DNA from: an uncultured Candidatus Saccharibacteria bacterium
GTDB taxonomy: Bacteria; Patescibacteriota; Minisyncoccia; UBA6257; 1-14-0-10-44-23
Reading direction: 5' to 3'
Assembly (NCBI GenBank): GCA_964394435.1
Contig: CAYMXN010000001.1
Coordinates: 43,739-107,738, forward strand
DNA: 64,000 nucleotides
Shown here: piece by piece, positions 8,945 to 18,500 of the stretch
Numbering within the stretch: position 1 is the first letter of the stretch
How the letters are laid out: the number at the start of each line of letters is the position of its first letter
The notes under the pieces: model-generated
Told to the model about the DNA's origin: nothing
The model's database searches: none
Seen by the model: the letters and a program-made list of their open reading frames with translations, nothing else
Translations under genes and position numbers: made by a program

Positions 8945-9601
8945 GTGTCGACTCGTCAAAGGTTGATCGCGGACATCTTGTTCGCGGTCCAGATGGTGCT
9001 TGGGATTTGGTTTGCGGTGACGCGAGTCAGTACTGTGCGCGAAGGGCTCGAGGGGGTGCTGATGGGCGAGTTTATTCTCGTTCTGGCGTTCGCACTCCTC
9101 GGTCTTTATCTCGCGCTCGCGTCGCGCCGGCTGCAAAAGAGTCGCATCGTGACGCAGAGCATCATTGTGTACAGTTTCTGGACGGCTGCGCTCGGCGTGC
9201 TCATCGGAGCGACGCTGACGAGTCCGGCTGGGGTGTACCAGTGGAGCACTACCGATACGATTACGGTTGGCGTTGGTGCGCTTGCGGCACTTGTCGTTGT
9301 TTCTATTGGGCGTGGGCGCGGGCTCTCGGTGCGCGACCCGATGGTGCGCGGTTGGACCGCACTGATGCTCAAGGGTTGGCCGCAGCTGATGCTCGCGGTC
9401 AAGATCGCGCTCGAGGGTCACGGGAAGCTTAGGCTTAGTACTGTTATCCTTGGGCACGCAACGATCTTGATTCGTCTTGGGCAGATCTTCTTGTCGGTCA
9501 AGGCTACTGGCTGGGATCGTCCGCGTCGTGGCCTGTGGTTGAGCGAGCTCGGCAATGAGCTCACGTGGTGCGTAACCACGATTGCATGGGTCATCTGGTG
9601 A
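8945..9601 (+). CDS. GC-rich multi-pass membrane protein (GTG start), probable foreign segment
   Basis: 6 hydrophobic helices; about 60% GC versus about 46% genome; RBS gtgagg upstream; antisense ORF judged spurious. Confidence 0.45.
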   Translation: MSTRQRLIADILFAVQMVLGIWFAVTRVSTVREGLEGVLMGEFILVLAFALLGLYLALASRRLQKSRIVTQSIIVYSFWTAALGVLIGATLTSPAGVYQWSTTDTITVGVGALAALVVVSIGRGRGLSVRDPMVRGWTALMLKGWPQLMLAVKIALEGHGKLRLSTVILGHATILIRLGQIFLSVKATGWDRPRRGLWLSELGNELTWCVTTIAWVIW

Positions 9602-9666
9602 TCTCCGGCCCCCACATTCGCGCAAGCGAGTGATGGGGGCTTTTTCATAGATCGTTTTAGAATGAA

Positions 9667-9709
9667 ATAAAAAAGTGATCGAAAGCGCATGGGCGCTACA
9701 TCGATCACT
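9667..9709. repeat. 43-bp element with nested palindrome GTGATCGA-AGCGC-ATGG-GCGCT-ACA-TCGATCAC, copy 1
   Basis: Identical to 10023-10065; located 9 nt after the stop of the 9719..9925 gene (minus strand). Confidence 0.85.
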
Positions 9710-9718
9710 AGTTTCTAC

Positions 9719-9925
9719 TTATTGTACTTTCGTGCCCTTGAGCTGCTTGAGCAGCTCAAGTACCTGCTTTAGTCGTGGCGAGGTGACATAGGTCTTGATG
9801 GCATCCTCTACGATGCGGGTCCTTGTCATGCCCGTCTTTTGCGCAACCTCATCGAGGAGTTTGATGACATCCTCGTGGATTCGGTAGCTAGTCATCTTTA
9901 CTGACCGACGAGCCTTCGGCATCAC
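9719..9925 (-). CDS. ribbon-helix-helix (CopG/Arc/MetJ-like) DNA-binding protein, antitoxin-like
   Basis: 68 aa; beta-strand KMTSYRI then two helices (EDVIKLLDEVAQKTGMTRTRIVEDAIKTYV); paralog of 10077..10280. Confidence 0.55.
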   Translation of the reverse strand: MMPKARRSVKMTSYRIHEDVIKLLDEVAQKTGMTRTRIVEDAIKTYVTSPRLKQVLELLKQLKGTKVQ

Positions 9926-10022
9926 TACTTTCTCCTTAGGGGTGCTGCTTGGCTATCTTAAGCCATATATCTCTTTTTTGTCAATTTAAGAGAGAGGCTT
10001 TTTAGCTCCGGTTTTGAGTTTA

Positions 10023-10065
10023 ATAAAAAAGTGATCGAAAGCGCATGGGCGCTACATCGATCACT
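10023..10065. repeat. 43-bp palindromic element, copy 2
   Basis: Identical to 9667-9709; 12 nt after the stop of the 10077..10280 gene. Confidence 0.85.
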
Positions 10066-10076
10066 TAGAGGGGATT

Positions 10077-10280
10077 CTACTTCACTTTCAAGTTTTCCAG
10101 TTCTGCCAGAAGGGATTTCACTTTTTTGCACCTTTGTGAGGTGGCGTAGCTTCTGATCGCGTCTACGGCGACACCAGTTCTTGTCCAGTGCATTTTCTTC
10201 GCGATTTTGTCGAGAAGTCTATAGACTTCGAGAGGAAGTCGGCAAGTAAACATCTTTTTCGGTTGATGGCCTTTCGGCAT
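10077..10280 (-). CDS. ribbon-helix-helix (CopG-like) DNA-binding protein, paralog
   Basis: 67 aa; FTCRLPLEVYRLLDKIAKKMHWTRTGVAVDAIRSY fits the RHH pattern. Confidence 0.55.
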   Translation of the reverse strand: MPKGHQPKKMFTCRLPLEVYRLLDKIAKKMHWTRTGVAVDAIRSYATSQRCKKVKSLLAELENLKVK

Positions 10281-10377
10281 CGCAACCTCCTTCTTGGGTT
10301 ATTGGCACTGCTCGAGTATTCTATGTTATATATTCGAGCGCAGTCAAGGTTGCTATAAGAAGTTTTGCTTCGTAAAT

Positions 10378-10971
10378 TTAACTTCGGTTTTTGAGTGAGT
10401 CGATGAGTGTTTGTTCGTCGGCAAACTCGATTTCACCGCCCGTTGGGATGCCGCGGGCGAGGCGGGTAATTTTTTGAGATAAGCCTTTTAGTTCGCCGGC
10501 GAGCAATGAGGCGTTGAGGTCGCCGATGGTGGTTGGTGAGAGTGCGATAATAATCTCGTTGAGTATGCCGGTTTTTTCCGTTGTTTTTTTGAGTACGGCG
10601 ATACGCGTCTTGTGTTGCATATCCAGGCTGCCGGCTTTTTTAATATCACCGACAATGAGATAGCGGCCGGTGAATGATTTAGCTTTTTCGAGCGTTAGGA
10701 CGTCGGTATCTTTTTCAACTACCGCGACAATGGTTTGATCTCGTTTTGGGTCGGTACAGATTGAGCAGAGGGGGCCGGTATTGTCGTGCATTAAAAAGCA
10801 CTGCTCGCACTCTTTGAGTTTTGTCAGGCTCGCGAGTGTTGTGCTGTAGTTGCTGATTTCGGATTTTGATAATCGTGCGAGGTAAAAGGCGAGACGTAGT
10901 CCTTGGCGTGGGCCAATGCCGGGAAGCTCGGCGAGGCGTTTGGCGAGTTCTTTAATCGCAGAAGGAGTCAT
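10378..10971 (-). CDS. recR: recombination protein RecR
   Basis: HhH N-terminus (LPGIGPRQ), C4 zinc finger CEQC...CSIC, Toprim domain. Confidence 0.9.
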   Translation of the reverse strand: MTPSAIKELAKRLAELPGIGPRQGLRLAFYLARLSKSEISNYSTTLASLTKLKECEQCFLMHDNTGPLCSICTDPKRDQTIVAVVEKDTDVLTLEKAKSFTGRYLIVGDIKKAGSLDMQHKTRIAVLKKTTEKTGILNEIIIALSPTTIGDLNASLLAGELKGLSQKITRLARGIPTGGEIEFADEQTLIDSLKNRS

Positions 10972-10979
10972 AGGCGGGG

Positions 10980-12305
10980 TTATGAGTGATGGGTGTCGAT
11001 ATTTCTAAAGGTCGACATCTCTTGCTCGAAGCGTACGGAAATAGAGCCGGTTGGACCGTTGCGGTGTTTGGCGACGATAAGCTCGGTTGCACCCTCATCA
11101 ACCGGGTCGAGTCCGGTCTTACCTTTGTTTTTACGCCAAATAAAGATAACGACGTCGGCGTCTTGTTCGATCGAGCCGGAGTCGCGGAGGTCAGAAAGGC
11201 GTGGTTCACCATCACGCTGTTCGGTTGCACGGGAGAGCTGGGAGAGGGCGACGACTGGTACGTTGAGTTCACGCGCGAGTCCTTTAAGACCACGGCTGAT
11301 TTCTGTAATCTGACTGACGATGTTGTCGCTGGTGGTGCGAGGTTGAATAAGTTGGAGATAGTCGATAATCAGCAGGTCGAGGCCGTGTTCTGACTGTAGG
11401 CGGCGAGCCATCGCGCGCATTTGGAGTACGGTTGGGCTTGGGGTGTCGTCGATGTGTAGGGATGATTGTGAAAGAGTATCTAGGGCGTGAGGGATAAACT
11501 CAAGGTCGCCTTCGTTTAGTTTGCCGGTGCGTAGTTTCCAAAGGGGAACGCTCGCTTCAGCGGCGATGATACGGTCGATGACTTGTTCGTTGCTCATTTC
11601 AAGCGAGAAGATGCCGACGTGTTTGCCTTCGCGCAGTGAGGCGTGGCGGGCGATGTCTAAGGCGAGGGAGGTTTTACCGACAGATGGACGCGCACCAATA
11701 ATAATCAAGTCTGATTTTTGGAATCCGGAGAGTTTTTCGTCGAGTTGAGTAAGTCCACTGCCGATACCACGGAGGCGACCTTCACCATTTTTTAGTTTTT
11801 CGATACGTTCGGCCGCTTCTTTCAGTTTGTCGCGAACAGCGTAAAACTTTTGACTGACCGAACCTTGGGAGATGGAAAAGATTCTACTTTCGATCTGGTC
11901 TAGGAGTTGCGGGAGGTCGTCGGTAGCAGTAAACGCGTCTTCGCTGATTTTCGCCGAAGTGCTGATAAGATCGCGGAGAATTTTTTTCTCTTTGACGAGT
12001 TTCGCGTAGTGCTCGACGTGGCTGGCGGTTGGTACTTTCTCGGTGAGAATCGTGAGTGCGGTAGCTCCTCCGATTTGTTCGAGGTGTCCGGCGTCCTTGA
12101 GTGCGTTGGTGACGGTTAAGATATCAATTGGTAAGCGCTTTTCAAACAGCTTTAGAAATGTAGCGTAGATGATTGAGTTAGTTGGATTATAAAAGTCTTC
12201 AGCGCGCAAAATATCTGCGACGCGAATGATCGCATCTTTATCAAGCATTAGCGCACCGAGCACTGATTCTTCAGCCTCCAGATTTTGAGGTGGTAGTTTG
12301 GTCAT
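10980..12305 (-). CDS. dnaB: replicative DNA helicase DnaB
   Basis: Walker A GARPSVGKTSLALD; DnaB N-terminal LPPQNLEAEESVLGALM. Confidence 0.9.
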   Translation of the reverse strand: MTKLPPQNLEAEESVLGALMLDKDAIIRVADILRAEDFYNPTNSIIYATFLKLFEKRLPIDILTVTNALKDAGHLEQIGGATALTILTEKVPTASHVEHYAKLVKEKKILRDLISTSAKISEDAFTATDDLPQLLDQIESRIFSISQGSVSQKFYAVRDKLKEAAERIEKLKNGEGRLRGIGSGLTQLDEKLSGFQKSDLIIIGARPSVGKTSLALDIARHASLREGKHVGIFSLEMSNEQVIDRIIAAEASVPLWKLRTGKLNEGDLEFIPHALDTLSQSSLHIDDTPSPTVLQMRAMARRLQSEHGLDLLIIDYLQLIQPRTTSDNIVSQITEISRGLKGLARELNVPVVALSQLSRATEQRDGEPRLSDLRDSGSIEQDADVVIFIWRKNKGKTGLDPVDEGATELIVAKHRNGPTGSISVRFEQEMSTFRNIDTHHS

Positions 12306-12325
12306 GATGATTAGGAGACGCCGAG

Positions 12326-13699
12326 TTAGTTTTTCGGTAGGACGATTGGTCCAACTGGCGTGTCTTCTACTAGGTATCCTAGCGCATCTATTTGCTTACG
12401 CAATGCGTCAGACTGGGTAAACTGTTTAGAACTTCTGTATAACTCGCGTTCGTTTGCCAGTTTCTCTATTTCTTGAGGAATAGTGATAGCTAGTGAGCTT
12501 ATGCCGAGCTTTGTGAGCCAGCCAGCAATGAACGTGTGGATGTGCTTGGCTTGAGTGGCGCTTAACTGCCAGATCTGCTTATTGACCGTATTCATTATAT
12601 TAAAGATAGTCGCGAGCGCTTTTGGGCTATTGAAGTCGTCGTCCATAGCGGCGATAAACTCTTTTTCATAAGCTGTTATGTCTAGCGTAATCGTTTCCTG
12701 TTTGGTTTGTACTTTAGTGAGTTTAAAGAGAAATGCTTTGATGTCGTTGAGATTTTTTTGCGCGGTACTAACTAGTTCATCGCCATAGTCCATTGGGGCG
12801 CGGTAGTGATGTGAGAGTACTATCATACGAAAGACGTCGCCCGAGTGCTTTTTAAGGAGTTCGGTGATGGTAATGAAGTTGCCGAGCGACTTACTCATTT
12901 TTTCGCCTACAAGATTTAAAAAGCCGGCGTGCATCCAGATCTGCACGAATGGTTTTTTACCGCTGGCTGATTCTTGTTGGGCGATTTCAGCTTCGTGGTG
13001 GGGGAATTTTAGGTCGATCGCACCTCCGTGAAGGTCATACTGTGGACCGAAAAAAGATTCGGTAATAGCCGTGTCTTCGATGTGCCAGCCTGGTCGGCCG
13101 GTGCCGAATTCAGCTTGCCATGACGGTTCATTTTCTTTCGAGAACTTCCAGAGACAAAAATCACCGGCGTTACGTTTTTTATCAATATTGTCGATGCGGG
13201 TTGTGCCATCGGTCGCCTGACTTGCAGTTCGCTTAGCAAGCTTGCCGTAGTCGGCAAATTTTGAGAGGTCGAAGTACCAACCTTCGCCTTCGATTTTATA
13301 CGCGTAGCCTTTTTTAATCAGGGTTTGTACTTGCTTGATGATTTGCGGGATGTGGTCGGTAGCTTTGGCAAATTGAGTAATTGAAGTGATGTTTAGCTCT
13401 TTGAGATTTTGTTTGTAGATATCTTCGTAGCGCTGTTTGATAACTTCCCACGAGACGTTTTCGTCCTGGGCTTTTTTGATTATCTTATCGTCGATGTCCG
13501 TAATATTCTGGAGATAGAACAATTTAAATCCGCGAGCCCTGATGTAGCGCGCGATAATATCAAAGGCGGTAAAGGTGCGGGCGTTGCCGATGTGCGGATG
13601 GTCGTACACGGTTGGTCCGCAGACAAACATTTTGAGCGAGCGGAAGAGCGGTTTTTTGAGTATTTCTTTTTTTCCCGTAAGGGTGTCGTAGATTTGCAT
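12326..13699 (-). CDS. cysS: cysteine--tRNA ligase
   Basis: HIGH (HPHIGNARTF) and KMSKS motifs; CysRS N-terminus MQIYDTLTG. Confidence 0.9.
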   Translation of the reverse strand: MQIYDTLTGKKEILKKPLFRSLKMFVCGPTVYDHPHIGNARTFTAFDIIARYIRARGFKLFYLQNITDIDDKIIKKAQDENVSWEVIKQRYEDIYKQNLKELNITSITQFAKATDHIPQIIKQVQTLIKKGYAYKIEGEGWYFDLSKFADYGKLAKRTASQATDGTTRIDNIDKKRNAGDFCLWKFSKENEPSWQAEFGTGRPGWHIEDTAITESFFGPQYDLHGGAIDLKFPHHEAEIAQQESASGKKPFVQIWMHAGFLNLVGEKMSKSLGNFITITELLKKHSGDVFRMIVLSHHYRAPMDYGDELVSTAQKNLNDIKAFLFKLTKVQTKQETITLDITAYEKEFIAAMDDDFNSPKALATIFNIMNTVNKQIWQLSATQAKHIHTFIAGWLTKLGISSLAITIPQEIEKLANERELYRSSKQFTQSDALRKQIDALGYLVEDTPVGPIVLPKN

Positions 13700-13701
13700 A
13701 A

Positions 13702-14610
13702 CTAGAGAATCTTTTTCTTTTTAAATCGATAGGCGAGATATCCGACGAGTCCGATCATTGGTAAGAATGTACACCAAAAAGTAAACGGGGTGGCGAGTAG
13801 GATGTCGCCAATATACGGAATGCTGACTGCGAAGATGTAAAAGAGTGGGATTGAGCTTAAGAACGCTCCCGCGGTTATTTTTTTGATTATCTCATTAGTT
13901 TGAGCGCTTAGGATTTGTGCGTTAGTTGTTTCAAGCGACTCGATAATCTCATAGTAGTTGTCGAGGGTTTGGGCGAGCTTTTGGTTGTCGCCAATCAGGT
14001 CGGCTAAGTAGACTCGGCTATCTTCTCCCCAGAATCTGGCGCCATTTTCTAGTAATGAGTTGAATAGTAGATTTTGCGGACGAGTAATTAATCGAAAATC
14101 TAAGATGTCGCGTTTTACATAAGAGATCTTTCGCAACAGATCGCCGCTGCGATCGTGGAAAATTTCGTTTGAAAGGAAGCTGACGCGTTCTTCGATGTGG
14201 TGGAGCTGGCGAGCGGAGAATGAGATGAACTCCTGGAGTAAGTTATACATCAGCTCGTAGCTGTTTTTACCCAGCATTTCTTTTTTCTTTTCTTCGCTAC
14301 GCAAAAGTTCCTGAAAAAGCTTTTCGATTGGCTCAAGTGTTTCGTGGTGCGCAGTAACAATAGTGTTTTTGGTAATCAAAAAATCGATTTCGGCGCGACG
14401 AGACGTTTTTTCCTGTGGGTCGTAGATAGGAATATGAAAAGCGACGAACATATACTTGCTGTACTGTTCGATGCGTCCACGAACCGAGGGGTGGGTTATC
14501 TCGTCGAGGAGTATGGGGTGAAAGACGCGTAGTTTGCGCAGCGCTTCAATGTCGCCGTCATTTGGCTTTAGGACGTCGATCCACGTTACTTTGTCTTTTA
14601 TCGTGCGCAT
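13702..14610 (-). CDS. CorA-like divalent cation transporter
   Basis: About 300 aa with cytoplasmic N-domain and two C-terminal TM helices, basic tail; canonical GMN motif not evident. Confidence 0.55.
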   Translation of the reverse strand: MRTIKDKVTWIDVLKPNDGDIEALRKLRVFHPILLDEITHPSVRGRIEQYSKYMFVAFHIPIYDPQEKTSRRAEIDFLITKNTIVTAHHETLEPIEKLFQELLRSEEKKKEMLGKNSYELMYNLLQEFISFSARQLHHIEERVSFLSNEIFHDRSGDLLRKISYVKRDILDFRLITRPQNLLFNSLLENGARFWGEDSRVYLADLIGDNQKLAQTLDNYYEIIESLETTNAQILSAQTNEIIKKITAGAFLSSIPLFYIFAVSIPYIGDILLATPFTFWCTFLPMIGLVGYLAYRFKKKKIL

Positions 14611-14699
14611 AGATTGCTGTGTATATCTTTATGTAAGTATAACGTATAATAGAGGGAAGAAGCACTAGGTCGTTTTAGTTTTATATTTTATTTATTAGT

Positions 14700-15491
14700 A
14701 TGCAGTCAAAAAATACACTTTCAGATTTTTTTATTAAATTGGTTGCAGTGTTGGGCCTGGCTTCATTTCTCGCTCTCTTTTCGTACTTAAACACCGTATT
14801 TGGTTGGACGAATCCAAGTGCGAATCCGCCGAGTGGAAGCGGTATCTTGACTGCGTACCAGGGGAAGCTTGGTATTAATGCGGCGACTCCAAGTAGTAGC
14901 CTTACGGTCAATGGTGTTATTAGCGCGGTTGGCAACTTAATTAAAGATGTTGCGACGCCGATTAGTGATACCGATGCGGCGAATAAAGCGTATGTTGATG
15001 CGCAGGTTGGTGCGACGGGTGGTGGAGGGGGGTCGTTAGTTATGTATGGATTTGGGCTTAATCAAACTCAAGCTGGTAGGTACCAGCGCGCCGGAGGAGC
15101 GATTGGTGCTGGATGTCGTGGTATTTTTGGTGGACTTTTTACAGCGGCGTGTGTTCCGACTGTTAACGTTGCAGCTGGGACTGGTGTAGCTGCTTGTCCA
15201 AGTGGCTGGACGCAAGTATATGCAGGATATGGTCCAATGAATACCTTGTTTACTTGGTATGGTATGGCAAATAGTGATCCGAGTGGTCAGAGCGGCGAGC
15301 AAACTGAACTTGACGTTCCTGATGCTGCAGTTATAGGAACTGACTCTATTTGTTCAGCAGTTCCTTATGCGGTTGTGTATGATGCAACTTATGCGCAGAA
15401 TGGTGCTAATGTGGGTGTTGGTGGTTCGAACGCAGTTTTGACCGCTTGTAATGATTACGGCTGTAATACCTGTAGAGTTTGTGTGAAATAA
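14700..15491 (+). CDS. membrane-anchored secreted Gly/Cys-rich protein with tail-fibre-like motifs
   Basis: Signal-anchor FIKLVAVLGLASFLALFSYL; AYQGKL and TDAANKAYVDAQ motifs; poly-Gly; Cys-rich C-terminus. Confidence 0.45.
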   Translation: MQSKNTLSDFFIKLVAVLGLASFLALFSYLNTVFGWTNPSANPPSGSGILTAYQGKLGINAATPSSSLTVNGVISAVGNLIKDVATPISDTDAANKAYVDAQVGATGGGGGSLVMYGFGLNQTQAGRYQRAGGAIGAGCRGIFGGLFTAACVPTVNVAAGTGVAACPSGWTQVYAGYGPMNTLFTWYGMANSDPSGQSGEQTELDVPDAAVIGTDSICSAVPYAVVYDATYAQNGANVGVGGSNAVLTACNDYGCNTCRVCVK

Positions 15492-15501
15492 TTTTTACAT
15501 C

Positions 15502-16041
15502 GTGCGTACGTCTCGTAATCGTTTTCAGATTTTTGTAATCATTGGTGTCTTGATTGTTTTCTTTTATCTCTTTTTTCAGAGCAATTTTGTGCTTTGCCCA
15601 ATGCGAACTCAACGCGAGGTGGTGCAGGGGAATTCTTTGCAGGGGATTATCGAAGATGGTGCTACGGTTAGAATCCAGTATGGATATTATGGTTGTCATA
15701 TTCCACTGCGTGATGAGGTGGTGGCGATTCGGTATGCAGGAAATAAAAATCCGCTTATTAAAGTAATAAAGGGTGTACCGGGTGATGTCTTTGCGCTTGA
15801 GCCTATGGGTGGCGGGCAGGCGCTCTTGATTAATCATCGGCCGGCGTTTACGAGTGCGGGTGTTCCGTATGTATTTAGCGCTCAAAAGGCGAAGGTTTTC
15901 TCTCTGTATATCCGTGATTACCAGGGAGTGATACCTGATAACGCCTATTTGGTGCTCGGTAATTTGCCGGAAGGTACGATGGATAGTTCGCAGTTTGGGC
16001 TTATTGATAAAGCGAGCTTGATTGGGCGTGTACAGCTGTAG
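15502..16041 (+). CDS. lepB: signal peptidase I (S26 family, LepB-like)
   Basis: N-terminal TM; GNSLQGII (GDSMxPT box variant); VLGNLPEGTMDSSQFGLI matching the C-terminal S26 box. Confidence 0.65.
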   Translation: MRTSRNRFQIFVIIGVLIVFFYLFFQSNFVLCPMRTQREVVQGNSLQGIIEDGATVRIQYGYYGCHIPLRDEVVAIRYAGNKNPLIKVIKGVPGDVFALEPMGGGQALLINHRPAFTSAGVPYVFSAQKAKVFSLYIRDYQGVIPDNAYLVLGNLPEGTMDSSQFGLIDKASLIGRVQL

Positions 16042-16077
16042 ATATTACTTGACAGAGACCTTGACAAAGCCTTTTTT

Positions 16078-16089
16078 TAGTTTAAACTA
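16078..16089. promoter_or_regulatory. perfect 12-bp palindrome TAGTTTAAACTA just upstream of grpE (possible operator); two TTGACA hexamers at 16049-16066
   Basis: Seen directly; no CIRCE consensus present. Confidence 0.25.
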
Positions 16090-16098
16090 GTTTTCACT

Positions 16099-16632
16099 AT
16101 GGACGAGTTACAGAATGAAAAACAATCATCTGCGAATCAGTCATCCTCCTCGTCTCTTCCTCCTGATGAGCTTCAAGCTCAAGTCCAGAAGTTGACGGGC
16201 GAACGCGACGAATATCTTGATGGGTGGCGACGTTCGAAAGCAGACTTTCTTAATTATAAAAAAGAAGAGGCGAAGCGTATCGAAGAAGTTGTTTCGTTTG
16301 GTAATATAGCTCTTATTAAAGAATTAATTGCAGTACTTGATAGTTTTGATCTCGCTTTAAACGCATTCACGCATGATGAACAGGCGCGTAAGGGGGCGGA
16401 GATGATTCGTGGTCAGTTTGAGGGTGTGTTAAAAAAGCACGGAGTAGAAAAAATTGCCGTACGTGCTGGTGATGAGCCTGATCCGCGTATTCACGAGATG
16501 ATGAGCGAGATCGATGTTCCACAGGGAAAGCACGAGCTCGCCGGAAAGATTGTTGATGAGTTGGCGAGCGGGTATATGCTCAATGGAAGGGTGATTCGTC
16601 CGGCAAAGGTGCGGGTAGGTAAGGTAAATTAA
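16099..16632 (+). CDS. grpE: nucleotide exchange factor GrpE
   Basis: DEYLDGWRRSKADFLNYKKEE GrpE signature; precedes dnaK. Confidence 0.85.
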   Translation: MDELQNEKQSSANQSSSSSLPPDELQAQVQKLTGERDEYLDGWRRSKADFLNYKKEEAKRIEEVVSFGNIALIKELIAVLDSFDLALNAFTHDEQARKGAEMIRGQFEGVLKKHGVEKIAVRAGDEPDPRIHEMMSEIDVPQGKHELAGKIVDELASGYMLNGRVIRPAKVRVGKVN

Positions 16633-16655
16633 CAAGTCATTAATTTATTACACAT

Positions 16656-18500
16656 ATGGCTAAAATAATCGGTATTGATTTAGGAACAACGAACTCGGCG
16701 GTTGCGGTTATGGAGGGTGGTGCGCCAAAGATTTTGGAAAACGCGGAGGGAAATCGCACGACTCCTTCGATTATTGCACTTACCAAGGGTGGTGAGCGTG
16801 TTGTTGGCTTATTGGCTAAGCGTCAGTCAGTCACTAATCCTAAGAACACTATTTTTTCGGTTAAGCGTTTGATTGGACGTAAGTTTTCTGATCCGGAAGT
16901 CCAGCGTGATAAGGCGTGGTTGCCATATGATATTCGTGAAAGTGCAGCTGGCGGTGTTGAGGTAAAGATGGGAGATAAGTGGCTTACGCCGGAAGAGCTT
17001 TCGGCGATGGTTTTGGCTAAGCTTAAGGCTGATGCAGAGGCGCGCTTAGGTGAGAAAGTTGAAGAGGCGGTTATTACCGTGCCTGCATATTTTGATGACA
17101 GCCAGCGTCAGGCGACTAAGAACGCCGGTGAGATTGCCGGTTTGAAGGTTCGCCGTATTATTAACGAGCCAACTGCAGCTGCGCTCGCGTACGGTTTTAA
17201 TAAAAAGAAAAACGAACAGATTGTTGTCTACGACTTTGGAGGTGGAACATTTGATATCTCTGTGCTTGAAGTTGGCGATGATGTTGTTGAGGTTAAGTCT
17301 ACGGGTGGCGACACACACCTTGGTGGTGATGATTTTGATAAGCGCATCCAGGAGTTTCTCGTCTCTGAATACAAAAAGCAGGAGGGTGTAGATATCAGCA
17401 AGGATCCGCTCGCGCTCCAGCGCTTAAAAGAGGCGGCCGAAAAAGCCAAGCACGAACTCTCTACTTCGCTTGAGACCGAGATTAACTTGCCATACATTAG
17501 TTCAGACGCTTCTGGTCCAAAACACTTCTTGATGAGGATGAGTCGGGCGAAGCTCGAAAGTTTAGTGCAGGATTATCTTGATCACTCGATTGATCTTACG
17601 CGCAAGACGGTTAAAGAGGCCGGCTTTGAGCTTAACGATATTGATGAGGTGATTCTGGTTGGTGGACAGACGCGTATGCCGGCGATGCAGGAGGCGGTTA
17701 AGAAGTTGTTTGGTAAAGATCCGCATATGGGTGTAAACCCAGACGAGGTAGTTGCGGCTGGTGCGGCTGTTCAGGCTGGTGTGCTCCAGGGAGACGTGAA
17801 AGATGTTCTGTTGTTAGACGTTACGCCGCTTTCCCTTGGTATTGAGACACTCGGTGGCGTATTTACGAAGTTGATTGAGAAAAATACGACTGTGCCGACG
17901 GCGAAGAGTCAGGTATTTTCTACAGCGGCTGATAATCAGACGAGTGTTGAGATTCACGTACTCCAGGGTGAGCGCGAGATGGCTGCCGACAACAAAACAC
18001 TTGCGCGCTTTATTCTCGACGGTATTCCTCCGGCTGCGCGCGGCACTCCACAAGTCGAGGTTAACTTTGATATTGATGCGAACGGTATTTTGAATGTAGG
18101 TGCGAAAGATAAGGCGAGTGGCAAGAGTCAGTCGGTTCGTATTGAGGCTTCAACTTCGCTTTCTAAGGAGGAGATTGAGAAGCTTAAGGCGGAGGCGGCA
18201 AAGCACGCGGATGAAGATAAGAAGAAGCGTGATGCGGCTGAAGCTCGTAATATCGCTGAAAACTTGATTTATGTTTCTGAAAAGTCACTCAAAGATGCTG
18301 GCGAGAAGGTGACGCCAGAAATCCGAGCGAGCGTTGAGGCGAAGATTAATGATTTAAAGAAGGTTAAGGACAGTGGAGATGTAGCAATCATCAAGAAAGC
18401 GACCGATGAGCTTTCGGCAGAGATTCAGAAAATCGGCGGGGCGATGTACAATAAAGAGAACAAAGCCGATGATGCTTCCTCAACAAAACAGCCTGAATAG
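16656..18500 (+). CDS. dnaK: chaperone DnaK (Hsp70)
   Basis: [28 protein letters not shown] signatures. Confidence 0.95.
   Translation: MAKIIGIDLGTTNSAVAVMEGGAPKILENAEGNRTTPSIIALTKGGERVVGLLAKRQSVTNPKNTIFSVKRLIGRKFSDPEVQRDKAWLPYDIRESAAGGVEVKMGDKWLTPEELSAMVLAKLKADAEARLGEKVEEAVITVPAYFDDSQRQATKNAGEIAGLKVRRIINEPTAAALAYGFNKKKNEQIVVYDFGGGTFDISVLEVGDDVVEVKSTGGDTHLGGDDFDKRIQEFLVSEYKKQEGVDISKDPLALQRLKEAAEKAKHELSTSLETEINLPYISSDASGPKHFLMRMSRAKLESLVQDYLDHSIDLTRKTVKEAGFELNDIDEVILVGGQTRMPAMQEAVKKLFGKDPHMGVNPDEVVAAGAAVQAGVLQGDVKDVLLLDVTPLSLGIETLGGVFTKLIEKNTTVPTAKSQVFSTAADNQTSVEIHVLQGEREMAADNKTLARFILDGIPPAARGTPQVEVNFDIDANGILNVGAKDKASGKSQSVRIEASTSLSKEEIEKLKAEAAKHADEDKKKRDAAEARNIAENLIYVSEKSLKDAGEKVTPEIRASVEAKINDLKKVKDSGDVAIIKKATDELSAEIQKIGGAMYNKENKADDASSTKQPE

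Noticed and set aside
8858-9625. 255-aa minus-strand ORF antisense to the GC-rich membrane-protein gene
   Set aside because: Arg/His/Pro-rich low-complexity translation typical of antisense frames in high-GC DNA; the plus-strand frame gives a coherent polytopic membrane protein with RBS.
10952-11393. Overlapping ORFs on both strands inside dnaB (113, 135 and 106 aa)
   Set aside because: They sit within a well-supported dnaB reading frame; no independent support.
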